This document shows, in pieces, positions 40,167 to 49,277 of a DNA stretch of 64,000 nt (position 1 is its first letter; the number at the start of each line of letters is the position of its first letter). This DNA is from Myxococcota bacterium (GTDB lineage Bacteria > Myxococcota_A > SURF-8), in contig OZ223209.1 in assembly GCA_965140415.1 (NCBI GenBank), positions 2,688,001-2,752,000 on the forward strand, read 5' to 3'. The translations under genes were made by a program, and so were the position numbers. A model generated the notes under the pieces. It ran no database searches. It was not told the DNA's origin and saw only the letters and a program-made list of their open reading frames with translations.

Positions 40167-41324
40167 ATGAAGAAAAACACCGATCAATTGAAATTGAAAC
40201 GAATGAAAACAAAGGTTGTGCGCCCTTCAACTTTGTTGCTTGTTTTCGTCTTGAGCTTGTTGTTTCTAGCACCGGTTAACGCAAATGCCGGATTCGGCGA
40301 CATGTTGAGTTCGGGTGACTCAGAGAGCGACAATTCCGAATCCGACTCATCCGCTGATCCTCCGGCTGTAAACGAAAACAAGCCATCTGAAACAAGCCAG
40401 TCGGCTATTGGAAATGGCGAGGATGGCAATGAAAGCGTTTCTGCATTCAGCTTTCGCGGACAATCAGAGAGTGCATCATTGAATTTGGATAAAATGTACT
40501 CCGAGGAAGACTCGTATAAAAATTACACATCCAGTGAATTCGAACGATATCTCGGTGAAGATTTCGTATTGCCGCCAACTGAAAGACGAGCTGTGCGCCC
40601 CTTTACCACACCACATCTGACCAATGCTGAGATTAATCGTTTGGCGGAGGAAATAAGCATTTACAGCCGCAATTCCTTTCGGCGCCAGCATGACCGCGTG
40701 GATGAAATGTATTGCGTCTCCAAAAAGAATGGCTGGCTTACAGTGAAGCAATTAAACAGGCAGGTCAATATTGTAAACATGCTTTTTGGACGGTTTAATG
40801 ATTTCGTCAACCTGCTCGAAAAGCGCCCTTCAGATGATCGTATCAAGGAGCAGGTGATCTCGCTCGGTCTTGTTGTTCTGTACGAAGCCTATATCTATAA
40901 GCACATCATCGTTAAGTTGAGAACCGTGGCAGAATGCGACGTGAAAATGCTTCGGTATCAAATTGGTTTCATCGATGACATTATCCATGAAGTCGGCGAA
41001 TTGAGATTGAGGCGAATGATTGACAGCTTGGCGGATTCGTTGATTGTCATGAGTACACGAAAGGAAATGTTCGCCGTTCAACTTGCCATCCTTCTCGGCG
41101 AATCCAATCCGCCACAGTGCAATCTAAGCAATTCAATGTTTAAACCGGGTCAAATCGACACAAATGTTGTTGAGATGTTGAACTGGTGCGGATTTGACGC
41201 CCGTTTGAATGGCAGACATTCGGAAGCTGAAAACTATTTCAACATGGCAAAGATCAATCTCGGAAACCCGAGGGCTAGTTGGTACGCTTCGGATAACCTT
41301 CGAAAAATGCGCTATTCCAAGTAG
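40167..41324 (+). CDS. Secreted hypothetical protein (Ser/Asp-rich linker, helical, TPR-like C-terminus)
   Basis: Signal peptide ending ANA; GRHSEAENYFNMA; upstream TTGACA-N18-TATATT at 39890-39919. Confidence 0.6.
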   Translation: MKKNTDQLKLKRMKTKVVRPSTLLLVFVLSLLFLAPVNANAGFGDMLSSGDSESDNSESDSSADPPAVNENKPSETSQSAIGNGEDGNESVSAFSFRGQSESASLNLDKMYSEEDSYKNYTSSEFERYLGEDFVLPPTERRAVRPFTTPHLTNAEINRLAEEISIYSRNSFRRQHDRVDEMYCVSKKNGWLTVKQLNRQVNIVNMLFGRFNDFVNLLEKRPSDDRIKEQVISLGLVVLYEAYIYKHIIVKLRTVAECDVKMLRYQIGFIDDIIHEVGELRLRRMIDSLADSLIVMSTRKEMFAVQLAILLGESNPPQCNLSNSMFKPGQIDTNVVEMLNWCGFDARLNGRHSEAENYFNMAKINLGNPRASWYASDNLRKMRYSK

Positions 41325-41386
41325 ACAAAGTCGAATGGATATGCGATTTGAAAAGCCTTGCTACTGCTAGAATACGGAGAAAACAA

Positions 41387-42439
41387 ATGAGTACAAAATT
41401 GCTGCTTAACAGTTTGGTCCCACTGGCGATGATCGCCTGTATTTCGCTGATCATGTCTTGCTCGCCAAGCAGAATTTCCTACCCGGATATGCCTCCGCTT
41501 TCCAAAGTCGATACAAAGGGAGAGCGGATTGACCCAAGATCACAGCGTTATAAAATCGCCGTTTTGACTTTTGTCGATCAAACGGGAAAAGCAAGTCTCG
41601 TTACGGATGCTGCAGCGGACATCCTGACGACTGAATTGTTCCATACACAACGCTTCGACATTTTCGATCGAGCGGATTTAACCTTGGATCGTCCCGATTT
41701 TTACGAATTTGAAAACTGGTCGGCCATGCTTGCAGAAGAAGAAGCCATCTATCATAAAGACAAAACATCCAAAAAAAGCCGCTCGAAAAGCAAGAACAAC
41801 AAGAAAAAGAAAGAATCCAAGACCCGTAAATATACACGTGAATCAGGAATGGTTCAAAAAGAGCTCGATGCTTTCATCCCTGAAAGCAAAACACGACAGC
41901 AGTACCGCTCCGTAGTAAACAGAGTGGATGGCATTCTTCTGGCTTACATTACGGCTTATGAAGTTGATCAAAAGGGCAACGGTTATTTCGAATTCGATTA
42001 TCGCATCGTCAATGGGACTGTTGTGGCACCATGGCGCTATGAACTACGCAATCTTGTGGTTTTCAGCAATCACGGCAAAGTGCGTTTTACAACGGATAAA
42101 TCTAAATCCGTGCTTACACTGGATCGGAGAGATGTTAAAGATATTTCCGAAGATATCAAGATTGGCTTCACCGGTCGATTCGGCAAACTCAATCTCAACG
42201 ATAGCATTCGTGTTACCAGCATTGAAGGACGCAAGCTGACGATCAATTCGGGGGAAAGCGACAACATGAAACGCGGCTTTGTTGGTTTTATTGTATTACC
42301 GACTAAATTCCGCACTTACGACTATCTGGCTCGTTTCGTAATCGTCCAGGTTTTCGATCGTGCTTCAGTCGGCTACGTTCTCGATGGCGATGACACGCTA
42401 CTGAATATAGAAGTGGGGTCTATAGCCAGAATAAAGTAG
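41387..42439 (+). CDS. Lipoprotein with CsgG/TolB-N-like fold and C-terminal beta domain
   Basis: Lipobox IMSC; KIAVLTFVDQTG...ADILTTELF..RFDIFDR; LTINSGESDNMKRG. Confidence 0.6.
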   Translation: MSTKLLLNSLVPLAMIACISLIMSCSPSRISYPDMPPLSKVDTKGERIDPRSQRYKIAVLTFVDQTGKASLVTDAAADILTTELFHTQRFDIFDRADLTLDRPDFYEFENWSAMLAEEEAIYHKDKTSKKSRSKSKNNKKKKESKTRKYTRESGMVQKELDAFIPESKTRQQYRSVVNRVDGILLAYITAYEVDQKGNGYFEFDYRIVNGTVVAPWRYELRNLVVFSNHGKVRFTTDKSKSVLTLDRRDVKDISEDIKIGFTGRFGKLNLNDSIRVTSIEGRKLTINSGESDNMKRGFVGFIVLPTKFRTYDYLARFVIVQVFDRASVGYVLDGDDTLLNIEVGSIARIK

Positions 42440-42493
42440 CCGACGTTCTGAAAAGAACGGGGCGTTTGTAAACTTGAACCCCATTTAAAATTA

Positions 42494-42526
42494 AATCCCA
42501 TTCCACTTGATTGGTGGAATGGGATT
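42494..42526. terminator. Bidirectional terminator
   Basis: AATCCCATTCCAC-N7-GTGGAATGGGATT between convergent genes. Confidence 0.75.
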
Positions 42527-42563
42527 ATTTTATCGAATGATCTGAGGCAAATATTGTGAATTG

Positions 42564-44717
42564 CTATGGTAGTTTCCATAAATACAAATTCGGCATCGTA
42601 CCGCCGCCTAAAAGAATCCGTTTTTCTTGATGGTAGGCCAAGGTGTACATGGTGCCTTTCGGTACTTTCCACCAAGAAACCGGTGAGGCAGTTGATAAAT
42701 CCCAGAGCCTAACTCCCCTTTTTTTGCCGGTTTCTGCAAGCAGATTTCCACTGATGAATGTAATGGCAGATACAGGATTGGGATATCCTTCCAATTTTGT
42801 TTTACTCTGCCCCGTCATGGCTTCGTAAATCATTATCTGTCCCGAATCACTTCCCACGGCCACCCATTTTGAATTCGGTGAAAACGCAATGGCGGTCAGC
42901 GACGATTTGTTTTTTATCGTGTGCAATTTCTCCGCACGCGGTCCTCCCCAGATTATCAATCTGCCATCGGAACCGACGGAAGCCAATAGTTCTCCGTCTG
43001 GAGAGAAAGCAAGTTTATTAACAAATCCGCGATGCCCTTTTAAAACGGACAACAAACTTCCATCGGATAAATTCCACAGGCGAATAGTTTCATCCATACT
43101 TCCACTTGCCAGGATTCGGCCATCGGGAGAATAGGCAAGGGAATTTACGTCTCGTTTGTGGCCTTGGAGTTTGAAAATTGTACGTCCATCTTTGATTCTT
43201 GAAATGAGAATGGTTTTATCATAGCCACCGGACGCTATCTGCTTGTCGTTCGGAGAGAAGGCCACGGAAGAGACTGCTCCAAGATGAAAAGGGATATCGA
43301 CACGGATTTCAAAAGTGTCGATGCTGCGAACGTGCACTCCGCCGCGTAAACACAGAACATCGGAATAGTCTGCACAGCCCCCCTCTATAAACAGGTCTCC
43401 GCCGGAAGAAAAATCAAGAGCTTGGATACCACTGTCAAACGTTTTGATTTCGACGGGCTTGAGGTCGGAGAAAGAATCTCCCTGATTCAGTAACTTAAGA
43501 GAATGTTTCTCGTGATCGATACTTTTTAAAAGTTTTTCGGCTTGCAGGCGATGCCGATTTTCGAGATGGAAATCCTCTAAAAAATTGGCGACGCTTTCCC
43601 GCCGCTTGGATGCCGGTACGGCCTCCATTCGAGCGACTTTGTATACCGTACTCCAGGCATCTTCCAGTTTTTCCAGATATTGTTTGTGCTCTTCAGCATC
43701 TTCCTTTTTCTGAATTTCGATTTTCTCTGCATCCTTTAACAGGGCTCCATAGGCTTTCATGTCGGGAGTCCGGTAACCGTTTCCGGCTGAGTTCTCCGGC
43801 CTGGACGCCAATCGAAAAACAATCTGACCCGATCCGTACATAACCCCGAAATCAGGCGTTTGCAGACGATTTCTGGCACCTACATTCTGCTCGGTATACA
43901 TACCGATTTCCTTGAAAGTGACAAAACCGTCACCGTTATAATCCGCATTGCCTTGAAGTGCCTTCACCAGCACGGCCGTGAACAATCCGTCTATAACAGG
44001 TTGATCCTGCATTCCGGCCGTAATCCCGTATACTCCCCGTTTTCTGAGATAGTCTTCGATAAGGCCATCCGCGATTCCGGCCCTCGTCAACAACGTCCCT
44101 GAAAAGCAGGAATCCAGAATCACTAGGACGTGCTTGGCCTGGCAGTGGTTGAGGATCTCCTCTCGAAGTTGATTGACGGAAATATAATTGGAGATATCAC
44201 CGGATTTTCCTTCAACCGGAACGAGATAACCGGCAGCTGTGGCATCCCATTTCGATTTTTTAGTAAATCCGTGTCCAGAGTAGTAGACAACGAAGCGGCC
44301 ATGCCTGTCGGTCTTGGCTGCCATTTTTCTAAGCGTTTGAATAATGCCCTGGAACGTTGCCTGTTTGTTGAACAGTGTATGCACCGTGAAATCATGCTGT
44401 TCAAGCACGGTTACCATTCGTTTTGCGTCAGCAACAGCCTCCCCAAGTCGGCTCCAGCCATGCGAATAGTCATCGATTCCTATAACAAGGGCATGGCTGG
44501 CGGCATACCAGCCGTTAAGTCGTTTGTTACCGCTTTCTCTTACTCCGATACCGCGCTGTCTGATCCCATCGGATTGAGCCAGGTTTGACATCGGTGCGGC
44601 AAGGATCAGTAATCCAAGGCCGATTGAAGCCAACCAGTGAAAACAAATACTCCATCGAAAGGAAATCGCTGGTCCTTCCCCGTGTAAGAATATTTTGATT
44701 TTTGATTGCCGCCCCAT
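42564..44717 (-). CDS. Exported caspase-family (peptidase C14) protease with WD40 propeller
   Basis: ALVIGIDDY, YYSGHG, ILDSCFSG (His/Cys dyad intact), QTP; GH..VNSLAYSPDG..LASGS.D WD40 repeats; N-terminal hydrophobic segment. Confidence 0.9.
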   Translation of the reverse strand: MGRQSKIKIFLHGEGPAISFRWSICFHWLASIGLGLLILAAPMSNLAQSDGIRQRGIGVRESGNKRLNGWYAASHALVIGIDDYSHGWSRLGEAVADAKRMVTVLEQHDFTVHTLFNKQATFQGIIQTLRKMAAKTDRHGRFVVYYSGHGFTKKSKWDATAAGYLVPVEGKSGDISNYISVNQLREEILNHCQAKHVLVILDSCFSGTLLTRAGIADGLIEDYLRKRGVYGITAGMQDQPVIDGLFTAVLVKALQGNADYNGDGFVTFKEIGMYTEQNVGARNRLQTPDFGVMYGSGQIVFRLASRPENSAGNGYRTPDMKAYGALLKDAEKIEIQKKEDAEEHKQYLEKLEDAWSTVYKVARMEAVPASKRRESVANFLEDFHLENRHRLQAEKLLKSIDHEKHSLKLLNQGDSFSDLKPVEIKTFDSGIQALDFSSGGDLFIEGGCADYSDVLCLRGGVHVRSIDTFEIRVDIPFHLGAVSSVAFSPNDKQIASGGYDKTILISRIKDGRTIFKLQGHKRDVNSLAYSPDGRILASGSMDETIRLWNLSDGSLLSVLKGHRGFVNKLAFSPDGELLASVGSDGRLIIWGGPRAEKLHTIKNKSSLTAIAFSPNSKWVAVGSDSGQIMIYEAMTGQSKTKLEGYPNPVSAITFISGNLLAETGKKRGVRLWDLSTASPVSWWKVPKGTMYTLAYHQEKRILLGGGTMPNLYLWKLP

Positions 44718-44725
44718 AACGATTC

Positions 44726-46177
44726 TTACCGATGCTTGATCTGGAATTCAAACGCGGCTTGCCCAAGCCCCTCCAACGTTTGTTTTCCCAAGCTATTACT
44801 CGAGGAGGCCGCATTGACCACCATCGTCAGTTTCCGGCGAATGCCTATCCCGCGCGTCAATACAGCGACGGCCTGTTCCTGAGTGCCGGAGCCTGTTTTG
44901 CCGACTTCGTTCAGCGTCGTCTCAATGGCGATGCTCCTATTCGGCTGAACGAAGAAAAGCAAACGCTCGAGACCGGGTTTGTCATCCAGATAAAATTCCC
45001 GACTCTGACCAGTGGGAATCCGTATCCGTCCCTTGACCGGATTCTCCGTTCCTGTCAATTCTGCCGGATAAATCCTCGAAATCATGTTCGAGGAATCCAC
45101 CAGAACAATATAGAGGAAGGATTTTTGCGGGACATTCACCTCAAGGCGAAACCCTTGTCCGCTATTTAGGGAATTACCGCTATTCAGGCTTCTATCACCG
45201 GAAAAAACTCCGAGTTGAATCTGAATCGGCTGACCGTCGTTTTTCGCCTGGATTCCGGCCAATCCCTCTTGATACATCGGGAGATCTGTGTTGTTGATTG
45301 ATTGGTGCGGCATCTCGTTATTGATGTTTACCAGAGTCGCAAAGCGATCGAAAATCATCGCCCTCTTTTTAATGTAAGATTCGGAATCTATCTTTCCTGT
45401 TTTATGCAACATACACAAAATCATCGACTCGCGGAAATAGGCCTCGACGGTGTCTGAAAAATAACGGGTAGCCGGACTGGATTCATCTTTGATGTTCAGT
45501 AAGGTTCTCGCTTCATCTTCGTTATAACTCTTGCCATCGATTTCCAGTTCTCTCCGACATTCAGCCTTCATGGCGGACTTTATTGCTTCAATACTGGCCG
45601 CCGGGTGATCGGGGGGAAGTTCTTTACCGAAAAGTTTGGCAACGCTTTTAGGTACGAGCCTGAGAACAAGGCCGAGATCCCCTTCGACCTCCGTAAAGGA
45701 TCGACCAATGGTAACACCGCTACGCGCATTGATATGACTTAAACTCAAAACATAAAAAGGTTCGATTCGATCCAGATGGCCAGTGATAATTTCGGGAATG
45801 CCATAAGCCGCGCTTATCTCGGCGAGGAAGCCGGAATCGTCACTTCCACATTGTTGACGCTTCTCCGCTACATTGACCACTTTCGCCAGATCATATTCCG
45901 TGACGATTTTTTTATCGGTAGCAGCATCGATTTCAGCGCTAATGCGACTTGAAATGGCGTTCAATTGCTTTGCGTCGATACCGGAATCACCTTCCAGTTT
46001 CATAATGAGGATTTTATCGTTTGAGTTCGAATTTATTTCGGCATATGCTGTTTCAATCATCAATGCAAAAAGCAGCAAAGCGGTGCAGCCGATGGGCAGC
46101 GCCTGAATCAGGCCCGTAAGAACTCTACAACATATAGGTTTCATGTTATAATCCCTTTTTTGCCAGTCAACGTGCAT
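44726..46177 (-). CDS. Secreted DUF4384-domain protein
   Basis: Signal peptide (AYA; start may be 46144); RQQCGSDD..LAEISAA N-domain; SFLYIVLVDS...RIYP...FYLDDKPGLERLLF. Confidence 0.75.
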   Translation of the reverse strand: MHVDWQKRDYNMKPICCRVLTGLIQALPIGCTALLLFALMIETAYAEINSNSNDKILIMKLEGDSGIDAKQLNAISSRISAEIDAATDKKIVTEYDLAKVVNVAEKRQQCGSDDSGFLAEISAAYGIPEIITGHLDRIEPFYVLSLSHINARSGVTIGRSFTEVEGDLGLVLRLVPKSVAKLFGKELPPDHPAASIEAIKSAMKAECRRELEIDGKSYNEDEARTLLNIKDESSPATRYFSDTVEAYFRESMILCMLHKTGKIDSESYIKKRAMIFDRFATLVNINNEMPHQSINNTDLPMYQEGLAGIQAKNDGQPIQIQLGVFSGDRSLNSGNSLNSGQGFRLEVNVPQKSFLYIVLVDSSNMISRIYPAELTGTENPVKGRIRIPTGQSREFYLDDKPGLERLLFFVQPNRSIAIETTLNEVGKTGSGTQEQAVAVLTRGIGIRRKLTMVVNAASSSNSLGKQTLEGLGQAAFEFQIKHR

Positions 46178-46406
46178 TGGGTCTTTTCTTGCTCTGTGAC
46201 GATAATTGAAAAATATCAGAAGTTTGTGCTCTTGTCAAAATAGGGCAGGCTATGCCATTTAAGCATCAACGTAGAGCGATTTCAAAATAGCCTACCTTAA
46301 ATGATGAATATTTAAATCCAATCCGCTCGATTCGGCAGGTCGCTGTGTTGTGTTTGCTCAATTGGATATCGAAACAAAGTTATTTATCACCGTTTTTAAC
46401 CAAAGG

Positions 46407-46743
46407 TGATCTTCCCCTCGAAAGAGGGACACCCACAAGTTGGGTGTCATGCGGCGGCCTCCAGTTTGCCTGACCAGTACGCCCGTTCGTAATCGACGGG
46501 GCTCATCTGGCCGCTTTCGCGGACGGCTTTTCTCCAGAGTGACAGGGTGTTGACCGAGATGCCCAATTCTTCCGCGATCACCCGCATGGGTTTGTCCGAT
46601 TCTTCCATCAACCGGACGGTCTGTAACTTGAATTCCCGGTAGTAGCGCTTCGCTTGCGGTGTCATGCTTTCTTCCTCCCTTATATTGAGTAGACATCCTA
46701 ACTTACCCAACTTGTGGGTGTCCACTCTTTCGGGGGAAGATCA
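46407..46743 (-). mobile_element. Internally deleted miniature IS3-family element (337 bp)
   Basis: 39-bp imperfect TG...CA terminal IRs (46407-46445, 46705-46743); 72-aa ORF at 46447-46665 fusing orfA start and orfB end. Confidence 0.85.
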
Positions 46744-47270
46744 GAATCGTTGCTGCGAGAGCTTCTCACGGGCGAGTACATCGGGAAACGGGAAAACGTG
46801 TTGCTGATGGGCAACAGCGGCACGGGAAAAACGCATCTGGCGACGGCCTTGGGCTTTGCAGCCTGCGCCCAGGGGAAGAAGGTCCGCTTCTTCACTCTCA
46901 CCAATTTGGTCACCGAGTTACTTGAAAAGCGGGAGGACCGGCAGCTGAAACGCTTTCTGATCCAGCTTGAAAAGCAGCATCTGTTGATTCTGGATGAGCT
47001 GTGTTACGTGCCGTTTTCGAAAGCGGGAGCGGAACTTTTATTTGAAGTCATCAGCCGAGCCTACGAGCGTCAGAGCGTGATGGTGACAACGAATCTCTCC
47101 TTCGAAAACTGGGTGGAGATCCTCGAAATGAACGCTTGACAGGAGCCCTGCTGGATCGGCTGACCCATCGGGTCCACATCCTGGAGGCCAATGGTGAAAG
47201 TTTCAGGCTGAAAGAGGCGAAACGGCGAAAAAAAACGAACCAACGACAGGAAGAAGAAAGGAGACGATAG
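46744..47270 (+). pseudogene. istB: IS21 helper ATPase IstB, 5'-truncated and frameshifted
   Basis: GNSGTGKTHLA, LILDELCY, TTN; 1-nt frameshift near 47125 then NERLTGALLDRLTH. Confidence 0.88.
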
Positions 47271-47329
47271 AAGCTAAAAAACGGAAGCCAAAAACCAAGG
47301 ATTGACTTCCCGCTCATGGCGGGATATTT

Positions 47330-47390
47330 TTGAACCCGGCTGCCGCACTTTTCGACCGATACCCGCCGCACTTTTTAAAAGAGATTTACA
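47330..47390 (+). repeat. IS21 right end
   Basis: GCCGCACTTT repeated (47342, 47365); ends ...ATTTACA. Confidence 0.6.
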
Positions 47391-47495
47391 ATGATCGGTC
47401 TGGCAGACGCGACGCTTTTTCCGGGGACTCCCGATGTCGATTCACCGTCAACCTGACCTGTTTGAGAGACGGCTCTGTCTCCCGATTTGGGACCC

Positions 47496-47620
47496 CTAGA
47501 GGTGCAGGTCCGCACCGTCCGTCACGATCCGCCATGGCTGCTTGTTCGAGGCGGACGGGCCGATGCGCACCATCTCAAGCACCTCGGCGTACTCCCCGGC
47601 TCTCTCACGGCTCAGCGGGT
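47496..47620 (-). pseudogene. Nitroreductase fragment
   Basis: Hand translation PLSRERAGEYAEVLEMVRIGPSASNKQPWRIVTDGADLHL*. Confidence 0.65.
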
Positions 47621-48058
47621 ACGGAGCCCATAGCAACGCCAGCGGACGATGGGTGGAGGAGGAAATCTGCTCCGGCGAGCAGATCTGTCAAACACTCAGC
47701 CCCGCTGAAGCGGCCTGTCAATAACCCGGAAAACACCCCAAAAATTTCTGAAACGGCCGGATGCGGGAGCGCGTTCAATCCCGCCCGGTCTCGTTTCTTT
47801 TACCTGCCGACCGACAAGCATACTGTCGGATTTTCCCGATTTTCCGGAAATCGACCCAATTGGTAGTAGAGGGAGGCCCCGTTTCCAGGCCGAAATCGAA
47901 AATTCCATAGGCCTCGGGCTATACGAGTATCGGTGCCAGCATAAAAGATTGGGAAGTGCATCGGACACGGCGGGTAAAGAAGAAGGTTGGAACCTTCTTC
48001 CGCCGCGGGATGGATGCGGCTGGTGGGTATGAATGGTAGGATAGTCGGTGGGATATGC

Positions 48059-48169
48059 TCACTTCACTTTCTTCTTCAATCGCTTCGCCGCCTTGTCGAA
48101 CAGCTTGCCGGTCAAGATGGCCATGGCCTGCACGACAGCGGCCTTCAGAATGCGCGTGGTCTCCTTCAT
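48059..48169 (-). CDS. 36-aa cationic amphipathic peptide
   Basis: MKETTRILKAAVVQAMAILTGKLFDKAAKRLKKKVK; ATGA overlap with the upstream ORF; GC-rich third positions; below ORF-track cutoff. Confidence 0.55.
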   Translation of the reverse strand: MKETTRILKAAVVQAMAILTGKLFDKAAKRLKKKVK

Positions 48170-48456
48170 GCGTCGCGCTCGCTGTCCGCATCCCAGGTTT
48201 CAGGATCGGCGTTGTCCGTGAAGTCATCGTTCAGGTTGTCGATATCCTCGTTGGTCATGGTCAGGCGATCGAGCGCGTAGCCGACCAGGCCGCCGATGGC
48301 TCCGCCTGCTGCCGATCCGGCGGGTCCGGCTACAGCAGCGCCGACCGAGGCCAAGACCCCAGCGCCTATGGCGGCATGGCGATTCTCTCGGATGATGGCG
48401 AAAAGTCCCTTACGCGTTTCGTCCAGGTCCGTGTTCAGGTTGTCCAGGTTGTTCAT
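48166..48456 (-). CDS. Small glycine-zipper protein with acidic tail
   Basis: AAIGAGVLASVGAAVAGPAGSAAGGAIGGLVG; GAAAGGA RBS. Confidence 0.65.
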   Translation of the reverse strand: MNNLDNLNTDLDETRKGLFAIIRENRHAAIGAGVLASVGAAVAGPAGSAAGGAIGGLVGYALDRLTMTNEDIDNLNDDFTDNADPETWDADSERDA

Positions 48457-48476
48457 TCGGGTTCCTTTCCGTCAGG

Positions 48477-49184
48477 TTATTCGACCGCCAGCCCGAAGGC
48501 CGAGCAGTCCACCATGATCTTGCGCAGGAGCGGCTGCCCCAGCGCGTGCTTCTTCACCAGGATGGCCACCAGCGCGCCGGTGAGCATCGAGTTATAGATC
48601 ACCGCCCGCGCCGTGCAGGGCAGCTGCATCGACTCCTCCGCCGGGTGCAGCATCTCCTCGTAAGCCTGCGCCCCCATCAGGTCGCCGTGCGATTTGGCGG
48701 TGTAAATCACGATGTACTCGCCGCCCTGTCGTGGGTCGATGATGGTGACAGGCCGGGCGCGGCTGCCCTGGGCCTTGGCCTGATGCCAGATCATCCGACG
48801 CGTGTCCATGCTGTCAACGCAGGAGATGACCAGGCGCTTGGGTTCATCGCGGCCAAGCATCTGATCGGTGTATCGCTGGCGGAACTGACCGGGCAGAAGC
48901 CCGGTGACACGGTAGATCTCGACACCCAGCGCCACTGCCTTGGATTGGCCCAAGTACTCAGCGCCGAAGACCTGATTCGGCTGGTTGTGAGGTTCGACCG
49001 TATCATCGTCGTAGATGTTGAGATCCGTACAGCCCATCTTGGCCAAGGCCAGCGCGGTGTAAGAACCGGAGGCTCCCGCGCCGATGATGGTGATGGGAAA
49101 ATCCAGCTTGTCGGGATGGATGATGTCCAGCTGACGGTGAAATTGGGTGTCGATGGTCGTGCGATCCATGTTGTTTCGGTCCAT
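48477..49184 (-). CDS. ThiF/E1-like adenylyltransferase
   Basis: RQ, IIGAGASGS, YDDDTVEPHNQPNQ, KA, SCVDS, PCTAR; GAAAGGAG RBS before ATG at 49184. Confidence 0.88.
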   Translation of the reverse strand: MDRNNMDRTTIDTQFHRQLDIIHPDKLDFPITIIGAGASGSYTALALAKMGCTDLNIYDDDTVEPHNQPNQVFGAEYLGQSKAVALGVEIYRVTGLLPGQFRQRYTDQMLGRDEPKRLVISCVDSMDTRRMIWHQAKAQGSRARPVTIIDPRQGGEYIVIYTAKSHGDLMGAQAYEEMLHPAEESMQLPCTARAVIYNSMLTGALVAILVKKHALGQPLLRKIMVDCSAFGLAVE

Positions 49185-49277
49185 GGGGGCTCCTTTCTCC
49201 AATGGGTTGGTATTGTTCGGAATTCTTGTCACGGTTCCCATGCCATGCTAGGTTGAAGATCTTGCTTGGAGGGATAT

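Noticed and set aside
47330-47866. 178-aa plus-strand ORF
   Set aside because: Spans the IS21 end, an antisense nitroreductase fragment and hairpins; composition is not protein-like.
48477-49260. Microcin C (MccB/MccA)-type system
   Set aside because: ThiF is short with no N-terminal peptide-binding extension, and no short Asn-terminated precursor or exporter is seen.
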